A stretch of DNA of 32,000 nucleotides from Ignicoccus hospitalis KIN4/I (lineage in GTDB: Archaea; Thermoproteota; Thermoprotei_A; Sulfolobales; Ignicoccaceae): assembly GCF_000017945.1 (NCBI RefSeq), contig NC_009776.1:450001-482000 (forward strand). Direction: 5' to 3'. Below the pieces are notes generated by a model. It searched no databases. It saw only the letters and a list, made by a program, of their open reading frames with translations, and had not been told where the DNA came from. The position numbers and the translations under genes were made by a program. Every line of letters starts with the position of its first letter. Position 1 is the first letter of the stretch. This document shows positions 27,148 to 32,000 of this stretch, piece after piece.

Positions 27148-28562
27148 GGGGTTTGCGAGCCTTAATAATATTATTACTCGTCGTCTCGTCAATGCTCGCG
27201 GACTCCGGGGACTGCGCCTTCGGGTGGTGGAAGGACCTCTTGCGGGCCCCTGACGCCCACTCGGAAGGGGTCACCGGAAAGGGCGTGGTGGCCTTAGTTA
27301 TAGACACCGGAGTCGACGCCGAGGTAATTAAATCTGTATTCAATAGGACTGTTGACCGGTACTTCAACGCGGCCTACGAGGCTCACAAGGACGAGTGCTT
27401 TAAGTACGTAGACTACAAGAACGTCACCATGTGCGTGTACGGCTTGACGGAGGTAGGGGGGAGGAGCGCTTACTTGGCCGCCCCCGTGAACGAAACCACC
27501 GACTTGGCCGGCCACGGGACCGCCGTCGCGGCCGCCCTGCTGTCGGTGGCCCCCGACGTAGACTTGCACGTTGCTAAGGTGGCTTGCTACGTCCTACTCC
27601 TCGACGAGAACGGCTCCGTGACTTACGCAATCCCATTCATAGACCCAGAAGCCTTGAAGCTCGCATTGGAAAGGGCAGTTAACGGGACGGACGTAGTGAA
27701 CTTGAGCTTGGGCTCGGTAACTCCCGTCACCGGCCCCTTGCCGGACGTCCCGACCGCCTTAGCCCTCAGGGGGCTGTGGGACGTTATCTACTCTAAGAGC
27801 TCAGAAACAGCCTTCGTGGCGGCTGCGGGCAACGAGGGCCTCAAGGTCCCCTCCTTCCCCGCGCTCTCGGAGCACGTCATAGGCGTCTCGGCCTTAGCTT
27901 ACAAGGACGGCGAGTTTGAGGTGGCGAGCTTCAGCGACGGGGGGCCCGGGGTAGACTTTTCCAGCGTAGGGGTCGGGCTCTACTTGCCGGTCCCCAAGTA
28001 CTCTTACATAGCCGAAGCGGTGAAGGACCCGTGCGCCGAGGAGGTCGGAAGGGCCCTGTTCTTGAGGCTGGACGGAACCTCTTTCGCCGCCCCGCTGGTC
28101 TCGGGTACCGCCGCGCTGTGGATCCAGAGGACGGGGGTCAAAGGGACCTCTGAGGTGAGAGAGGTGTTAAAACAGAACTCATTGCACCCCTTCGGCCCCG
28201 GGTGGTCGCCCGAGGCCGGCTGGGGGGTGCCGGTGGCCGTGCCGGTGGAGGGCCAAGGGCTCTCCTTGCCCGGAATACCCTTCGCCGGCTTGCCCGCGTT
28301 GCTCCTAGCGAAGCGCAAGAGGGGAGCTACGCTCTTGACAATTATGATGATAAGTTCATCGGCCTTCGCCGTGGAGCCGGAGAAGCTGGGCGAGGCCTTC
28401 GCGATCTCTTCCCTAGCCACTTGGACCGCGTACTACGTCGCGAACGGCCTCGGCCCGGTCGCCTCGCTCTGGATGGCCACCTTCAACACTTTGATCGTTA
28501 CTGCCTTGTTAGCAATATCTTGGAAGGTCGTGGAGCTCGTGTGCGCAACGATTAAGTGTTAG
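27144..28562 (+). CDS. S8 subtilisin-like serine protease with signal peptide and C-terminal TM segments
   Basis: Catalytic D (VALVIDTGVD), H (DLAGHGTAVAAAL), N-region (VAAAGNEG) and S (LDGTSFAAPLVSGTAALW). Start GTG 27141 or 27144. Confidence 0.94.
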   Translation: MRGLRALIILLLVVSSMLADSGDCAFGWWKDLLRAPDAHSEGVTGKGVVALVIDTGVDAEVIKSVFNRTVDRYFNAAYEAHKDECFKYVDYKNVTMCVYGLTEVGGRSAYLAAPVNETTDLAGHGTAVAAALLSVAPDVDLHVAKVACYVLLLDENGSVTYAIPFIDPEALKLALERAVNGTDVVNLSLGSVTPVTGPLPDVPTALALRGLWDVIYSKSSETAFVAAAGNEGLKVPSFPALSEHVIGVSALAYKDGEFEVASFSDGGPGVDFSSVGVGLYLPVPKYSYIAEAVKDPCAEEVGRALFLRLDGTSFAAPLVSGTAALWIQRTGVKGTSEVREVLKQNSLHPFGPGWSPEAGWGVPVAVPVEGQGLSLPGIPFAGLPALLLAKRKRGATLLTIMMISSSAFAVEPEKLGEAFAISSLATWTAYYVANGLGPVASLWMATFNTLIVTALLAISWKVVELVCATIKC

Positions 28563-28592
28563 CCCGGAGGCCCCAGAGGCGGGCAAGCTAGG

Positions 28593-30665
28593 TTGAAGGC
28601 CCTAAAGAAGCTGGCAGAAAAGCTCGAGGACCCGAGATCGGTGGCGAAGGCCACATTCGCCATAGCTATAGCCCTCGCGTCAGTGTCTTCACTACTCATT
28701 ATGCTAACCACCTCCATAAAGCCCATCAGAGTGGAGTGGAGTGGGGCAGTCCTCGTCTCCGGGTGCAGCTACGGCATCATGGCCACCCCCAGCCCCTACA
28801 ACCGCCCCACAGTAGTGTTCTTCACCCCCCACAAGACCTCCTCTGCGTGGTTGATGTCCTTCAACGACGTGGTCAGCTACTTCAACGGCACTCCCATCTC
28901 CCACTTGGGCTACCCGAAGATCAGAGTTGCTAACGATTCCAAAATAATAATTGACTATACAAAGTTCAAGAAGGTGACATACGTTTACAAGGACACAGTG
29001 TACGTAGAGTTGCTGAACTTCACCGAAGGAGTCTTGGGCCTTTCGGTGCCCGCGCTCGAGGGCGTGGCGGAGGGCAACGGTTCAGTGAGGCTCTTGGGCG
29101 TTAAAGGCCCCTTCATGATGAAGTTCGATGTCGTTATGAAGTTTACGGGCTGTAAGCCGGAGGTGTTGCGCTCGACGCCGTTCAAGGACATCATGGGAAG
29201 CAAGTACTTGGTACAGGTGTCGCTTAGATGCAACGAAAGCTCGAAGCTAGAGGTAATCGCGGAAAACGTCGAAGACCCTCTGGTGGGAAAGTTGATTCTA
29301 TTAATGATAAACTATTGGACCTACTCCTTACCTCTGATCGTAGTTTTGATAGGGGTGGTACTGTGGTACAAGTGGCTGTCTAAGAACTTGGAAGACTTCA
29401 AGGGGGTATTAGTCTTTATAAGCATCCTGATCTTGCTGTCCGGGCTCAGCGGCCACCACTGGGACTTATTAATGGCCTTGAAGTTCGGCGAGATGGTCGT
29501 CAGCGGGAAGGACCTATACCAGTGGACTTATAACAACACCCTCTTGATGAGGGATCGTCTCCCTAACCCTCAGATATTCTATCCGGGTTACGCGTACTTG
29601 CCCCAGCTGGCGCCCTTCTTCGTCCCCATCTACTTAGCCTACGAGTCTATCTTCGACAAGCCCTACTACTACCAATTGGTTCCGGGAACCGTTGATCTGG
29701 CCGAAGTCCGGGCGCTACTCTTCGGCGCTCTCACCTTTATCTATTACGTCCTAGTCCACGGGTATTTCATGCTGTTTTACTTGATTGGAGCATTCTTGAT
29801 TTACAAGTTCTACGGTAAGGACAGATTCTTATTGAGCGTATACTCATTCCTTCCCATAGTAATCATAGTGGAGTGGGGGATGTTCGAGGCATTCTTAATT
29901 CCCTTCTTAGTGGCGTCGCTTATCTTGTTGAGGGAGGAAGGTAACGTTCACCAACTCCTCTCGGGCCTCGCTTGGGGGATGGTCTCCTCCAAGATTTACG
30001 CCGCGCTGGCCGCACCGGCCTTGATTCTCAATTCTAGGAGGAAGGTCCTTTGGCTGTTAGGCTTCATAATAGCGATTTCGCCCTCCCTGTACTTCTTACT
30101 GACCGAGCCAAAAACCTTCTTATCGTGTACCTTGCTCTTCCACACGAACAGGAACATGGGGGACGTTAACTATTACCCCAGCTTCATGGGGAACCCCGTC
30201 GACTTGTTGTGGTGGGGCAAGGTCGGCAGCGCGGCGGAGGTGGTGCTGACCCTCCTGACGTATTACTTGGTGTGGAAGCTCAGACCGTCTCCGGAGGTCG
30301 CTGCGGCAACAGTACTAGTCCCCTACTTGCTCTTCAACCGCCTGGTCTCACCGCAGCACTACTTGACTTTTGCGACTTTAGTGTTGCTCTCCGGGGACAA
30401 GAGGACTTACGGCCTCTTGAGCTTGTTAATATTGCTCCACGTGAACTTAGTGAGGCCCACCGCCTTCTACTTGGCCTACCACTGGCTGAGCGCTGAGGTC
30501 GCCTTGAGCTACTTCTCCTACGACCCTACCGGCGTGTTGAACCTAATAGTTACCAGCGTAACCCCCTCAGTGATATGGCCGTTCCTCTTCCCCACCTTGG
30601 CGGGGGTCCTAACGCTCTATTACTACAAGTCGTTGAGCCTTAGGGGTAGTAAGTGGAGGTCGTAG
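28593..30665 (+). CDS. Large polytopic membrane protein, possibly glycosyltransferase-like (GT-C/GT87-type)
   Basis: N-terminal TM, then an exposed domain of about 200 aa, then about 10 TM segments with an intermembrane loop containing NPQIFYPGYAYLPQLAPFF. TTG start after SD-like ggagg. Confidence 0.6.
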   Translation: MKALKKLAEKLEDPRSVAKATFAIAIALASVSSLLIMLTTSIKPIRVEWSGAVLVSGCSYGIMATPSPYNRPTVVFFTPHKTSSAWLMSFNDVVSYFNGTPISHLGYPKIRVANDSKIIIDYTKFKKVTYVYKDTVYVELLNFTEGVLGLSVPALEGVAEGNGSVRLLGVKGPFMMKFDVVMKFTGCKPEVLRSTPFKDIMGSKYLVQVSLRCNESSKLEVIAENVEDPLVGKLILLMINYWTYSLPLIVVLIGVVLWYKWLSKNLEDFKGVLVFISILILLSGLSGHHWDLLMALKFGEMVVSGKDLYQWTYNNTLLMRDRLPNPQIFYPGYAYLPQLAPFFVPIYLAYESIFDKPYYYQLVPGTVDLAEVRALLFGALTFIYYVLVHGYFMLFYLIGAFLIYKFYGKDRFLLSVYSFLPIVIIVEWGMFEAFLIPFLVASLILLREEGNVHQLLSGLAWGMVSSKIYAALAAPALILNSRRKVLWLLGFIIAISPSLYFLLTEPKTFLSCTLLFHTNRNMGDVNYYPSFMGNPVDLLWWGKVGSAAEVVLTLLTYYLVWKLRPSPEVAAATVLVPYLLFNRLVSPQHYLTFATLVLLSGDKRTYGLLSLLILLHVNLVRPTAFYLAYHWLSAEVALSYFSYDPTGVLNLIVTSVTPSVIWPFLFPTLAGVLTLYYYKSLSLRGSKWRS

Positions 30666-31420
30666 TCTCCTTCAAGCCCGACGAGAGGGCCAGGGAGTTG
30701 GCGGAGAGGGTAGCGAGGGGGCTGGAGGGAGCGGGGGTCAAGGTGAGGTGGTTCCCGGAGGCAGACCCTTGTGCGGCAGACGGCTTGGTGGTGGTCGGAG
30801 GCGACGGCACGCTGCTCTACACCCTCTCCAAGGCCCCTTGTGAGACTCCACCAGTGATGACCGTTAGGGCCGGGAGGAGGGCCTTCTTGCTGGACGTGGA
30901 GCCAAGGGAGGTGGAGGAGGCGGTCAGAAAGTTCGTAAGGGGGGAGTACCAGCTAGAAGAACACAAGAGGCTGGAGGTCGACGGACACTTCGCGCTCAAC
31001 GAGTTCGCGGTCCTCAGCAAGTGGAGGAGGGTCACTAAGTTGAACGTCGAAGTGTCTGGATATTCTGTCTACGAGGGGCTGGAGGGAGACGGAATAATAG
31101 TTTCCACCACCTTGGGCTCCTCCGCCTACGCCCTGAGCGCGGGGGGACCCATAGTGGACCCGAGGGCGGAGGTCCTGCTGCTGGTGCCGGTCAACCCCAT
31201 CCAGCTCGACGCGAGGGCAGTAGTCCTTCCCAAGGACTCTGAAATAAAGGTGAAAATTGTTTACAACACTAAAGAAGTAGTAACGCTGTTGGACGGTATA
31301 GTCGAGTTGACGGGGGAGGAGTTCGTAATTTCGCTCACGGGGCCTAAGGTTAGGTTCGCGCGGTTTAGGAGGGAGAACTTTTATAGAAGGCTTATAGAGC
31401 TTAGGTCGTTTAAGGCCTAG
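30653..31420 (+). CDS. nadK: NAD kinase
   Basis: VVVGGDGTLLYTLS, ALNEFAVLS, GDGIIVSTTLGSSAYALSAGGPIVDP, VPVNP. Confidence 0.93.
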   Translation: MEVVVSFKPDERARELAERVARGLEGAGVKVRWFPEADPCAADGLVVVGGDGTLLYTLSKAPCETPPVMTVRAGRRAFLLDVEPREVEEAVRKFVRGEYQLEEHKRLEVDGHFALNEFAVLSKWRRVTKLNVEVSGYSVYEGLEGDGIIVSTTLGSSAYALSAGGPIVDPRAEVLLLVPVNPIQLDARAVVLPKDSEIKVKIVYNTKEVVTLLDGIVELTGEEFVISLTGPKVRFARFRRENFYRRLIELRSFKA

Positions 31421-31430
31421 GCTAAGGGCT

Positions 31431-31778
31431 GTGGAAGCGTCTATAGTTTTGATAGCCCACGGCAGCAAGAACAAGAACTTCTATAGGATGGTAAACAACG
31501 TAGCAAGGATGCTAGAGGAGAAGGTCGGGAAGAAGGTCTACGTAGGCTACCTAATGGGAGAGCCCAGCGTGGAGGAGGCGGTCAAGGAGGCCCCGGGCGA
31601 CCTAGTAGTTGTGGTACCGTTCTTCATATCTGAGAGCAGCCACGTGGTGCGGGACGTCCGGGAGAGGGTTATGAAGGTCTCGAACGGGAAGAAGGTAGTC
31701 TTCGCCAAGCCTTTGGGGGACCACCCCTTAGTGGTGGAGGTGCTTTACTCCCGCTATTTAGAGGCCTTGGGAGAATGA
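31431..31778 (+). CDS. cbiX: Small CbiX-type sirohydrochlorin cobaltochelatase/ferrochelatase
   Basis: IVLIAHGSKNKNF, YVGYLMGEPSVEEAV, VVVVPFFISESSHVVRDV, KPLGDHPLVVEVL. GTG start. Confidence 0.88.
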   Translation: MEASIVLIAHGSKNKNFYRMVNNVARMLEEKVGKKVYVGYLMGEPSVEEAVKEAPGDLVVVVPFFISESSHVVRDVRERVMKVSNGKKVVFAKPLGDHPLVVEVLYSRYLEALGE

Positions 31779-32000
31779 TATACTCGTTCACGGCCAAGTT
31801 CCACGCGAACGTTCAAGCCCTCCACAAGGGCACGATAGAGGTCACTTGCGAGGAGCGCTTAACTCCCAGAGGGGACTGCGTGGTGCTCACCTCCTCCACC
31901 CACGACCCCTCGGAGCTGGCCCGGTCTTGTCCGGAGGGGAGGAGGGCGGCGTTCGTGGTGCTCACCCGCTTTGGCGGCTTCTGGGTGGAGGGGACTTGCG
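31775..32000 (+). CDS. DUF371-like archaeal protein, truncated by the window edge
   Basis: ATGA overlap with the cbiX stop; MIYSFTAKFHANVQALHKGTIEVTCEERLTPRGDCVVLTSSTHDPSELARSCPEG... Confidence 0.65.
   Translation, partial: MIYSFTAKFHANVQALHKGTIEVTCEERLTPRGDCVVLTSSTHDPSELARSCPEGRRAAFVVLTRFGGFWVEGTC

Noticed and set aside
1-32000. CRISPR arrays, transposases, integrases, toxin-antitoxin pairs or defence islands
   Set aside because: No regularly spaced direct repeats, IS-like terminal repeats or recognisable mobile-element or defence proteins were seen by eye. A repeat-finder run would be needed for a formal negative.

Overview
This window looks like a compact, gene-dense, moderately GC-rich chromosomal segment of a hyperthermophilic crenarchaeon. 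Desulfurococcales, Ignicoccus-like, is an inference from reverse gyrase, frequent TTG starts and gene content; no database search was done. Supported genes are: a possible aEF-1beta C-terminus, a UPF0282-type MBL-fold protein, hemA, a hydantoinase/oxoprolinase (hyuA-like) gene split by a +1 frame change, reverse gyrase facing a large SF2 helicase, mtnA, a small type IV pilin-like protein, an M20 peptidase, a small PqqD-like protein, a DUF429-like protein, tRNA-Lys(TTT), a metallophosphoesterase, a T4 Rnl1-like RNA ligase overlapping a small possible THUMP-like protein, a three-gene redox module (tetraheme cytochrome c, Tat-type 4x[4Fe-4S] protein, NrfD-like membrane subunit), aroC, rtcA, a ClpP/SDH-class membrane protease, an unannotated 56-aa membrane protein, a subtilase without an obvious propeptide, a polytopic membrane protein, NAD kinase, small CbiX and the start of a DUF371-like gene. 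I see no CRISPR array, clear transposon or prophage. The strongest unusual signals are the hyuA CCC-TAA frame change with an abutting perfect GC hairpin, the RNA ligase/small-protein pair, the stand-alone redox module with a Cys-rich insert, and the membrane protease cluster.
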